A DNA stretch of 64,000 nt from a bacterium (GTDB lineage: Bacteria; Sysuimicrobiota; Sysuimicrobiia; Sysuimicrobiales; Segetimicrobiaceae). Of the stretch, positions 16,972 through 24,441 are shown piece by piece. The notes under the pieces are model-generated. The model did not search any database. It was not told the DNA's origin and was given only the letters and a program-made list of their open reading frames with translations. The DNA lies in the NCBI GenBank assembly GCA_035945995.1, contig DASYZR010000120.1:927-64926 (forward strand), written 5' to 3'. Position 1 is the stretch's first letter. Every line of letters starts with the position of its first letter. The translations under genes were made by a program, and so were the position numbers.

Positions 16972-18711
16972 GTGGCGGCGGCCACCGCCATCATTCTCAC
17001 CGTGTTTGCCTTTATCGCGTTCCGGGCCGTTCAAGAGAGCACGTCGACCGTGCTGCAGCAGCGGCTGCAGGTCGGGACCGCGCTTGCCGACCGGATTGCC
17101 GCCACCCTTACGGGTTACCGAAACGAGCTGGAAGATCTCGGGTGGGAACTATCTCAGGAAAGTGCGCCCGAACGTCGCGCCGCGGTCCTCGAAGACTCCG
17201 AGTGGGCCCGCAGGTTTTCCGCGCTCGCGATCATTGGCCCGGACGGCCGCGTGATCTGGTCCCAGCCGGCATCGTGGTTTGCCTCGATGCGGCGAGGTCT
17301 CCCCCTGGCGGTTTTGACGGCAGCGTCCGGTGGCGCGGCCGTGCTTCCTCCCCTCGCCATAGCGCCGAACGTGCATCTGACGGCCCTCGCCGTCCCTCTC
17401 GCCGATCGCGGCGTTCTTCTGGGCGCCGTGGACCTCGAACGCCTTGCCCTCAGGGGCATCTTCGACGGCCCAGTGGGGGCATCGTTCGACTTCGAAATCA
17501 TGGACGCGCAGGGCATCGTCCGCGCGTCGGCCGTCCTCGCCGAGGTCGGGCGGCCGAGCGAGCATCTCCCCATCCTCGCCCCGGTGGTTCGGCCGGGAAG
17601 GCAGGCCATTGTGTACCACAACGTTCCACGGCGCCCGCACTACGTCGTGTACACACCGCTCGCCGAGTACCCGGGGTGGTCGGTCAACTTCGAGGAGCCC
17701 AGCGACGTTGTGCTCTCGCTGCCGCATGCGCTTCGCAACGGCCTGCTCGCGCTCGGAGCCGTTATCATGGTAGGGATGTCCACTCTGGCCTTTTTCGACA
17801 CAAAGGGCATGCTGCGGCCGCTCGCCCGGCTGCGGAAGGCGGCGGAGCATATCGCCGGCGGCAATCTGGACGACACCGTGGACGTCGAACGCCGCGACGA
17901 GGTCGGCGCGCTCGCGCAGGCTTTCGAGGCGATGCGGGTGAAGCTGCGCGCCTCGCGTGACGAGATCGCCGCCTGGAACCGCGAACTCGAGGACCGGGTC
18001 GCCAGCCGCACGCGGGAGCTCAGCGCGGCCCATGCCCTGCGCCGCCAGCTCCTCGAACGGATCGTGCTCGCCCACGAGGAAGAGCGCCGCCGAATTGCCC
18101 GAGAGCTGCACGACGAGATCGGCCAGGGCTTGACCGCCCTCGTGATGCAGCTCGGAACGGCGGAGGGCGCCCTGGAGCCCGACGCGGATGGGATCCGGCC
18201 GCAGCTCCAGGCCGTCCGCGAACAGACCTCCGAGATGATCGAGAACGTCCGGCGGCTCATGCTGGACCTGCGCCCGGCGGTCCTGGACGATCTCGGGCTC
18301 GTCCCGGCCATTCGCTGGTACGCCGAATCCCATCTGCCTGCGGCCGGCATCGACGCCCAAGTGTCGATCTCGGGCCTCGACGAGCACGAGCGGCTCCCGC
18401 GGCGCCTCGAACTGGTGGCGTTCCGTCTCGCGCAGGAGGCTGTCACGAACGTGATCCGCCACGCGCAGGCCAGGCGCGCCGTCATTTCCTTGGCGCGCGT
18501 GGCGGGCGGGCTCGAGATCTCGGTCGAGGACGACGGCCGCGGCTTCGACCCGGAGGCGGCGCCCCCCACCGGACGCCGCGGGTGGGGCCTCGCCGGGATG
18601 CGGGAGCGGGTCGCCCTGCTCGGCGGCACGCTGTCCGTCACGTCCCACCCGGGGTGCGGCACGCGCGTCGCGGCCAGGATCCCCGTCGAGGAGACGCCGG
18701 ATGCCGATTAG
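16972..18711 (+). CDS. sensor histidine kinase (periplasmic domain, HAMP, HisKA_3, HATPase_c); N-terminus uncertain
   Basis: HAMP LRKAAEHIAGGNLDDTVDVERRDEVGALAQAFEAM. H-box EEERRRIARELHDEIGQGLTAL. EAVTNVIRHA, DDGRGFD, GWGLAGMRERV. The upstream in-frame sequence RSLGLQARITLS looks like genuine N-terminus but has no canonical start codon. Confidence 0.9.
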   Translation: MAAATAIILTVFAFIAFRAVQESTSTVLQQRLQVGTALADRIAATLTGYRNELEDLGWELSQESAPERRAAVLEDSEWARRFSALAIIGPDGRVIWSQPASWFASMRRGLPLAVLTAASGGAAVLPPLAIAPNVHLTALAVPLADRGVLLGAVDLERLALRGIFDGPVGASFDFEIMDAQGIVRASAVLAEVGRPSEHLPILAPVVRPGRQAIVYHNVPRRPHYVVYTPLAEYPGWSVNFEEPSDVVLSLPHALRNGLLALGAVIMVGMSTLAFFDTKGMLRPLARLRKAAEHIAGGNLDDTVDVERRDEVGALAQAFEAMRVKLRASRDEIAAWNRELEDRVASRTRELSAAHALRRQLLERIVLAHEEERRRIARELHDEIGQGLTALVMQLGTAEGALEPDADGIRPQLQAVREQTSEMIENVRRLMLDLRPAVLDDLGLVPAIRWYAESHLPAAGIDAQVSISGLDEHERLPRRLELVAFRLAQEAVTNVIRHAQARRAVISLARVAGGLEISVEDDGRGFDPEAAPPTGRRGWGLAGMRERVALLGGTLSVTSHPGCGTRVAARIPVEETPDAD

Positions 18712-19363
18712 GGTGCTGGTCGCCGACGACCATCGGATCGTCCGCGCGGGAATCCGGTCGTTTCTGGAGGGCCAGCGGGACATCGCCGTCGTGGGGGAAG
18801 CCGGCACGGGCGAAGAGGCGTTGGCGATGGCCCAAACGCTGCGGCCGGACGTGACGGTCATGGATCTCAATATGCCGGGAATGGGCGGGCTCGAGGCCAT
18901 TCGCCGTATCAAAGGCGAAATCGCGGAGGTCCACGTCGTCGCGCTGACCATGCACGCGGACCAGCGGTTCTTTCTCGAGGCCCTCGCCGCCGGCGCCGAA
19001 GGCTACGTGCTCAAAGGCGCCGACCCGGCGCAGTTGCTGGCCGCGGTGCGCGCGGCGGCGGCGGGCACCGCGTATCTGACGCCGGAACAGGCAAAGCGCA
19101 TGCTCACCGAATACCGCCGCGCCGGCGAACGCCAGGCCGAGGGAGCCGGCGCCGGGCTCACCGCGCGCGAGCGCGAAGTGCTCACGCTCATCGCCGAGGG
19201 GCTGACCGGCAAGGCGATCGCCGAGCAGCTCTGCCTGAGCCCCAACACGGTCGAGCGCCACCGCACCAACATCATGAACAAGCTCGGCCTGCACAACCGC
19301 GCGGAGCTTGTGCGGTTCGCCATCCGCGAGCGGTTGATCGACGACGAGCCGCCGTCCCCGTAA
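18701..19363 (+). CDS. NarL/FixJ-family response regulator
   Basis: MPIRVLVADDHRIVRAG...VTVMDLNMPGMGG...LTMH...GYVLK. HTH LTAREREVLTLIAEGLTGKAIAEQLCLSPNTVERHRTNIMNKL. Confidence 0.95.
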   Translation: MPIRVLVADDHRIVRAGIRSFLEGQRDIAVVGEAGTGEEALAMAQTLRPDVTVMDLNMPGMGGLEAIRRIKGEIAEVHVVALTMHADQRFFLEALAAGAEGYVLKGADPAQLLAAVRAAAAGTAYLTPEQAKRMLTEYRRAGERQAEGAGAGLTAREREVLTLIAEGLTGKAIAEQLCLSPNTVERHRTNIMNKLGLHNRAELVRFAIRERLIDDEPPSP

Positions 19364-19384
19364 CCACCCCCGTCGATACTCGAC

Positions 19385-20422
19385 TCAACCCTGCGGCGGA
19401 GCGGGGTCACGGCGCAGGGCCAGCACCAGCCCGCACGCCAGCGCAAGCGCAAGCCCGGCGGCCACAATTCCGGGCAGGCGGTCGACAACCACCGGCAGTC
19501 CGTCGACGCGCACCGACACCGCGCCTCCGGCAGACACGGGGCCGCCGGACCACCGCCCGTAGTGGCGCCCGCGTTCCGCAACGATACCGCCGGCACGCAG
19601 TGCCGTACCGGACACCCGGATGTTCGGGTCCGCCAGGAGCTCCAGGTCGGTCGCGCCGTAGGGGAACTCCCACCCCAGCGTCGCCGACCGGGAGCGCGGC
19701 TCAACCCCGAACGCGTACGCGACCTGTGTGGCGCCGGGCATCACGGGGATCGCATCCGTAATCGTGCGGTCTCGAATGTGCGGATTGCGCCATCCGTCGA
19801 CGAACTCGACCGGCTCGGCCGCCCGCGGCGCCGGGGACACCAGCGGCAACGGGAACACGAGGGGATCCCGGTCCGTCACCGCCACGACTCGATCGGTCGC
19901 GTTGTGGAGCTGCTGGATCACGCTCACGCGAAGTGCGTCGTGCACGAGCTCGAGGACGACGAATACCACCGTCCCGTGCACGGCGGCCCGGTCGGGCGTA
20001 GCGGCGAATACGGACAGCGGCACGTTGCGCACGGGGGCGGCGGCGGTCAGGACGATCCGGGCGGTATACGGAACTCCGCCGTATTCCACGTGCACCACGA
20101 ACACCCGAGGTCCGCCGCCGACCGGTAGGCCGGGGAACGCGAAGCGGCCCTGAGCGTCAGTCGTCGTGACCCGCGTCGAGCTGAAGGCGGGCTCGACGAT
20201 CTCGAGACGCACCGCCCGCCCCGCCACCGGGTGCGCCGGAGCTGTTTGATCTGCCACGCTGCCCCGGATCTCGCCGACCATACCCGCGGCGTACGCGGTG
20301 GTGCCGGTGCCGAGCGCGGCACAGACGATGAACGCGGCCCAGGAGCGCGCGGCCCGGCTAGAACGCCCACCAGGTGAACAAGAGAAGGTTGTTGTTGTCG
20401 TTCGCGTTGCGTCCGAACCCAT
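19385..20422 (-). CDS. CarboxypepD_reg-like domain protein with signal peptide and C-terminal TM anchor
   Basis: RSWAAFIVCAALGTGTTAYA signal. GEIRGSVADQ...GRAVRLEIV...TTTDAQGRFAFPGLPVGG...VVHVEYGGVPY matches the carboxypeptidase-regulatory fold pattern. C-terminal GIVAAGLALALACGLVLAL. The only canonical start (ATG 20422) overlaps the upstream gene by 65 nt. Confidence 0.7.
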   Translation of the reverse strand: MGSDATRTTTTTFSCSPGGRSSRAARSWAAFIVCAALGTGTTAYAAGMVGEIRGSVADQTAPAHPVAGRAVRLEIVEPAFSSTRVTTTDAQGRFAFPGLPVGGGPRVFVVHVEYGGVPYTARIVLTAAAPVRNVPLSVFAATPDRAAVHGTVVFVVLELVHDALRVSVIQQLHNATDRVVAVTDRDPLVFPLPLVSPAPRAAEPVEFVDGWRNPHIRDRTITDAIPVMPGATQVAYAFGVEPRSRSATLGWEFPYGATDLELLADPNIRVSGTALRAGGIVAERGRHYGRWSGGPVSAGGAVSVRVDGLPVVVDRLPGIVAAGLALALACGLVLALRRDPAPPQG

Positions 20423-21818
20423 CGTAATTGGTCGTCCCGCCGTTGAACTTCAGATAATAAGTATACTGCAGTGCGATCCGCACATTGAGCCATGGGTAGC
20501 CCGCGTGGGTGGTGTCGTTGCCAAAGGGCGTCCAATCGATTTGCGCAACGATCGCCTGCGAATTCGGGTATCCGTTTGCGCTCCCGGTCAGCGACGCGGG
20601 CGCGTACAGCGTCGGGTCCGCACTTCCAAAGGTGCTGGCATAGGCCAGCGTGACTCCATAGGTGTTGCGCCAGTAATAGGCCGCGGCGATGCGGAACTGC
20701 GTCAGATCGTTGGAAAGATTGCTGGACAGGCCCGCCGCGTTGGACGCCGTCAGTGTTTGCGTCTCAAACAGGATATTGCTGGTAATCGCGAGGGTGTCCG
20801 GCCCGAAGGTATGCTGGTACGTGGCGTCGAGACCCCAATCGATGTACCGATTTTGGTCCGACGGGGTTACGGCGCCCGGGACTTGCTGGAGCGGGATGTC
20901 CATGTACACCCCGCCGACTTCGAGGAAGTTGCTGCCCCACGAGTGCTGGTAGGCGAGCCGGAAATACGGGGCGGTGCCGGAAATGACTCCCAGGCTCGAC
21001 GGACTGATGTTCATGGTGCTGAGCGTACTCGCGCTCCATGATTGGTAGAGCCCGCCTTCGATATAGAGCTTGTTGTCGTACAAGGCCGACAGACTCAGGC
21101 CATATACCGTCGTACCGAGGGCACTGATCGCCGGGCTCGCGCTCGGCGCAGGCCCGATGAACGGCGTCAAATACGGGAACTGAAAGCCATTGTACAGCGA
21201 GTTGTAGGGATCGCTCCCCGACGGCGTATTCGTGAGATCGAACCCCAGCAAGAGCGAGTGATTCCCGATCGTCAACGGTTTCGTGAGCCGAAGATCCGAC
21301 GTGGCTTCTACCGCGGTGACCGATCCCCCGGGGACGCCGCTGAACCCAATTTGTTCAAATCCGCCGATGCCAAACTTGCCGTTGAACGAATACCCGCCCG
21401 TGATAAAGATGCCGCTGCCGCTCCCCAGGAGATTGAAAAAGTTATTCGTGCCGTACCCTGCGGGCGCCGCCGGCAGGGCCTTCGCGTCGATTTGGAGGCT
21501 CGGTGTAACGAGGATGTTGATCGGAATATTCGCCCAGGGGCCGGTGCCGCCACGCCAGGTATATCCGTTCGCTCTGAAAGCGATACCGAACGGCGTCAGT
21601 TGCGGCCCGAACCCGCCGATGTGGCAGGCGCTGCACGGTGCCCCTGTTTGTCCGGCGAAACTCGGCAGGGCATCGGCGCGCGGAGTCCACCAGAACGCGA
21701 TGGCGAGCGCCAGGATACCGAAGACCGCGGCGCGCAGGCCGCCAACCACACGCACCACGTCGATGGAAAGCGCGCCCCGCGTCCTCAGGCACAAGCCACG
21801 TCCCGACCTGCTCGCCAC
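20358..21818 (-). CDS. fused monoheme cytochrome c / outer-membrane beta-barrel porin, Cyc2-like
   Basis: Signal peptide GLRAAVFGILALAIAFWWTPRADA, then LPSFAGQTGAPCSACH (single CxxCH), then FGPQLTPFGIAFRANGY. About 430 aa rich in G/Y/T/S/N with alternating hydrophobicity. C-terminal LLLFTWWAF (terminal Phe OMP signature). Start options: GTG 21818 (GAGGGGGGA RBS), ATG 21887, GTG 21758. Confidence 0.75.
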   Translation of the reverse strand: MASRSGRGLCLRTRGALSIDVVRVVGGLRAAVFGILALAIAFWWTPRADALPSFAGQTGAPCSACHIGGFGPQLTPFGIAFRANGYTWRGGTGPWANIPINILVTPSLQIDAKALPAAPAGYGTNNFFNLLGSGSGIFITGGYSFNGKFGIGGFEQIGFSGVPGGSVTAVEATSDLRLTKPLTIGNHSLLLGFDLTNTPSGSDPYNSLYNGFQFPYLTPFIGPAPSASPAISALGTTVYGLSLSALYDNKLYIEGGLYQSWSASTLSTMNISPSSLGVISGTAPYFRLAYQHSWGSNFLEVGGVYMDIPLQQVPGAVTPSDQNRYIDWGLDATYQHTFGPDTLAITSNILFETQTLTASNAAGLSSNLSNDLTQFRIAAAYYWRNTYGVTLAYASTFGSADPTLYAPASLTGSANGYPNSQAIVAQIDWTPFGNDTTHAGYPWLNVRIALQYTYYLKFNGGTTNYDGFGRNANDNNNLLLFTWWAF

Positions 21819-21962
21819 CCCTGTTCCCCCCTCTTCTCGTCGTGCTCTCACGACCGCGCGCTCTTTTCTCGCCCCGGTCCGCGGCACGCCGAGCCCCGTT
21901 CTGAATTTCCGATTTTCGTCCCTGGACTCCTCCGGCCGGCGGGACCCGTCCGGTCTCGGCCG

Positions 21963-22421
21963 CTAGGGAGGCGTCACGATTAATCGTCCGAACATCGTCG
22001 CGTGCCGCACCCCGCAGTAGGTCGTGCACATGTACAGGTATGTGCCGGGTTTGGGAGCGGTCACCGTCAGCTCGATCGATTTCCCCGGAATCAGTTCGGT
22101 GACTTGCGCGTCCAGACCCAGGATTTTGAACCCATGCACGACGTCCTCCGACTCGAGCCGGATCCGGAGCGGCACCCCCGCGGTCGCGTGCAGAACGTTC
22201 GGCGCGTACTGCCACTGGGTCGCGTGGACCACGACCACGTGACGATCCATCCACCGGCCGTACGCGAACACCGTGGCCGGCCCCACCACGAGCACCGCCG
22301 CGGCGACGCCGAGCGCGGCCAGTTCACCCGCTCCGACCGCGCGGACGCGCGCCGCCGCCGCCCGCACCGCGGCCAGCGTGCGTCGTCCCCGTGTCGATAG
22401 GGCGTTCACGTGGGTTCGCAT
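21963..22421 (-). CDS. membrane-anchored CuA-type cupredoxin (cytochrome oxidase subunit II-like domain, no partner subunit I)
   Basis: N-terminal TM LAALGVAAAVLVVGPATVFA. DVVHGF ... CTTYCGVRHATM fits H...C-x3-C-G-x2-H-x2-M, the binuclear CuA ligand pattern. AGGAGG RBS. Confidence 0.8.
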   Translation of the reverse strand: MRTHVNALSTRGRRTLAAVRAAAARVRAVGAGELAALGVAAAVLVVGPATVFAYGRWMDRHVVVVHATQWQYAPNVLHATAGVPLRIRLESEDVVHGFKILGLDAQVTELIPGKSIELTVTAPKPGTYLYMCTTYCGVRHATMFGRLIVTPP

Positions 22422-22431
22422 CTTGGGCCTC

Positions 22432-23910
22432 CTATCCCACGAACAGCCAGAGGAATGCCGCCGTAATCCCGCCGAGCAGCACGATCTGCGGCATCACCGC
22501 GCGGGCCGCCGCGGCCGGCGCGGGAAACGTCTGCCGGGCGATCTTCCAGGCCACGTCGAGCGAATACACGAACCCGAAGAGGAGGGCCGCGGCCTGCAGC
22601 GCCGGCAGCCAGCTCGTGAGGATCGGCGTCCAGGCGAAATGCGCGGTCCCGAAGAGATTCCAGCCCCAGCCGAAGGGGTCGGAGATGATCCGCAGCACGT
22701 ACGACCCGTTCGGCAGCAGGATCGCGAAGCTGAACCCGATCCACGCCAGCAGCCCGATCGGCACCAGGTGATAGGCGAAGTTCGTGAACACGCGGCGAAA
22801 CGGCACGGTGCGCCCCGCAAGCCGCCAGGACAACCAGGCGGAGGCGCCGTGCAGCGCCGGCAGCACGCCGGCCAGGACCGTGACGAGCCCCGCGGCAAAC
22901 AACGCCCACCCGCCGAGCGACCGGAGGTTCGCCCAGTCCTTGAGCGTGCCCCACGGCCCCATCATCGTCGCCGAGTAGACGGCCGCCGCGCCGAGCATGA
23001 TGAACGCCTTCCACGACTCGTCGAGACCGCGGTGCGACTCCACCAGGAGATCCGTCCCGAACGGGCGGACGTACAGACCCATGTTGTCATGCGAGCAGCA
23101 GCGGAAACATTCGAGGCAGAGCCCGCAGTAGGTGTTGCGTTTCAGGCTGGTCGGCTGCTCGAGCCACGGGCAGCCGTGGCCCGCGGCGCTGCCGAGGATG
23201 CACTCCTTGGACTTGTGGCCGACGCAGACCGGCGTGCTCTTCGGCCGGATCTCCAGCGCCGCGAAATTAGCGTACAGGCCGAGGAAGCCCCCGACCGGAC
23301 AGAGGTAGCGGCAGAACGTCCGCCGCTCGTAGACGAGGAAAAGGCCCGTGCCCAGGACCATGATCGAGCCCAGGAGCGCCACGGTCGCCCACGGCCGCGT
23401 CGTGATGATCCCGCTGAACGCCGCGACGCCCAGAAACACGCCGTTCACGAGCCACATGCTGCGCAGCTTCTTGGGCCATTTCAGCGACAGGCCGAGCGGC
23501 CGGCGCCAGCTGCGCCGGACGAGGGAGAGGCGCTGCAGCCACTCGCCCAGCACGGGCAGGGGGCACATCCCGCACCAGAGGCGGGACGCGAACGGGACGA
23601 GCACCAGCATCAGCGCCGACCACCACAGGATCCAAATGAACACGATCGCGATGTTCGCGTTGCCCACAGGCGTGCCGACGATGCCGGCGGCGAGGATGAC
23701 CAGGAACAGGAAGAGGTTCAGCGCGGTCGGCAGGAAGGTCGTCCAGCGGCTTCGCAGCAGGCGGCGCAGCCACGGCGCCTTCGTCAGCTCGAGACGCGCG
23801 TCCACGGGCACGAGGCCGAGGAAGACGTCGCGCGGTCGGGCGTTGCCGGCCGCGGTTCCGCCGGCCACGGCCGTCGCGGTGTCCGCCGCCACCCGATCCA
23901 CCGCACTCAT
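22432..23910 (-). CDS. polytopic 4Fe-4S (NapH/MauN/CcoG-like polyferredoxin) membrane protein with an extra C-terminal 5-TM domain
   Basis: WCGMCP and FCRYLCPVGG membrane Cys motifs. Soluble Cys-rich loop CVGHKSKEC...GHGCPW...YCGLCLECFRCC. About 10 TM helices. ATG 23910 overlaps the upstream stop (ATGA). The track ORF N-terminal 53 aa are rejected. Confidence 0.8.
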   Translation of the reverse strand: MSAVDRVAADTATAVAGGTAAGNARPRDVFLGLVPVDARLELTKAPWLRRLLRSRWTTFLPTALNLFLFLVILAAGIVGTPVGNANIAIVFIWILWWSALMLVLVPFASRLWCGMCPLPVLGEWLQRLSLVRRSWRRPLGLSLKWPKKLRSMWLVNGVFLGVAAFSGIITTRPWATVALLGSIMVLGTGLFLVYERRTFCRYLCPVGGFLGLYANFAALEIRPKSTPVCVGHKSKECILGSAAGHGCPWLEQPTSLKRNTYCGLCLECFRCCSHDNMGLYVRPFGTDLLVESHRGLDESWKAFIMLGAAAVYSATMMGPWGTLKDWANLRSLGGWALFAAGLVTVLAGVLPALHGASAWLSWRLAGRTVPFRRVFTNFAYHLVPIGLLAWIGFSFAILLPNGSYVLRIISDPFGWGWNLFGTAHFAWTPILTSWLPALQAAALLFGFVYSLDVAWKIARQTFPAPAAAARAVMPQIVLLGGITAAFLWLFVG

Positions 23911-24368
23911 GGCTTCCGTCCCTCCTCCCACGCGGCGTAGAGCACCGTGGCGCCGATCGTGCCGAGCGCCAGCAGACCCAGCCGCAGCGTGACATTGGGC
24001 TGAACGCGCAGCCAGCCGATCATGTACGGATGGAACGGTCCGCACGTGACCGCGCACCGGAACATCCATCGTCCGCTCCGCGTCGCCACGAACCGCGCGG
24101 TGACCGTTTGGCCGGGCACCACGGTTTCGGTGACGTTGTAGCCGTCGAGGTAGAATCCATGGGTCACGTCGTCGGCCTTGATGATCAGGGTGACCGGGTC
24201 ACCCTCGTTCACGGTCACGATGCCCGGCGTATACCGCCACTGCGACGCGGTGAGCGTAATCGTCCGCGGGTGCGGTAGCGGCGACGCGCCCAGGCGCACC
24301 ACGAAGACGCCGGCCGCGAGGAGCACCGCGCCCGCCACCACGACCAGATATCGTCGGCCTCTTATCAT
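23907..24368 (-). CDS. CuA-type cupredoxin with N- and C-terminal TM helices
   Basis: ATG 24368 follows GGGAGG. YLVVVAGAVLLAAGVFVV. DVTHGF ... CAVTCGPFHPYM (C-x3-C-G-x2-H-x2-M). C-terminal LRLGLLALGTIGATVLYAAW. Confidence 0.8.
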   Translation of the reverse strand: MIRGRRYLVVVAGAVLLAAGVFVVRLGASPLPHPRTITLTASQWRYTPGIVTVNEGDPVTLIIKADDVTHGFYLDGYNVTETVVPGQTVTARFVATRSGRWMFRCAVTCGPFHPYMIGWLRVQPNVTLRLGLLALGTIGATVLYAAWEEGRKP

Positions 24369-24392
24369 GGTCGCCTCCCGTCGGCCGGATGC

Positions 24393-24419
24393 GCGAGGCC
24401 CGGCCTGCGCCGGGCTCGC
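24393..24419 (-). promoter_or_regulatory. intercistronic GC-rich stem-loop between the blue-copper gene and the rest of the cluster
   Basis: GCGAGGCCCGGC-CTGC-GCCGGGCTCGC: 11-12 bp stem with one bulge, 4-nt loop. It lies in the 73-nt gap 24369..24441. No U tract. Confidence 0.45.
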
Positions 24420-24441
24420 GTCGTCGTTCGGCTGCCAACCC

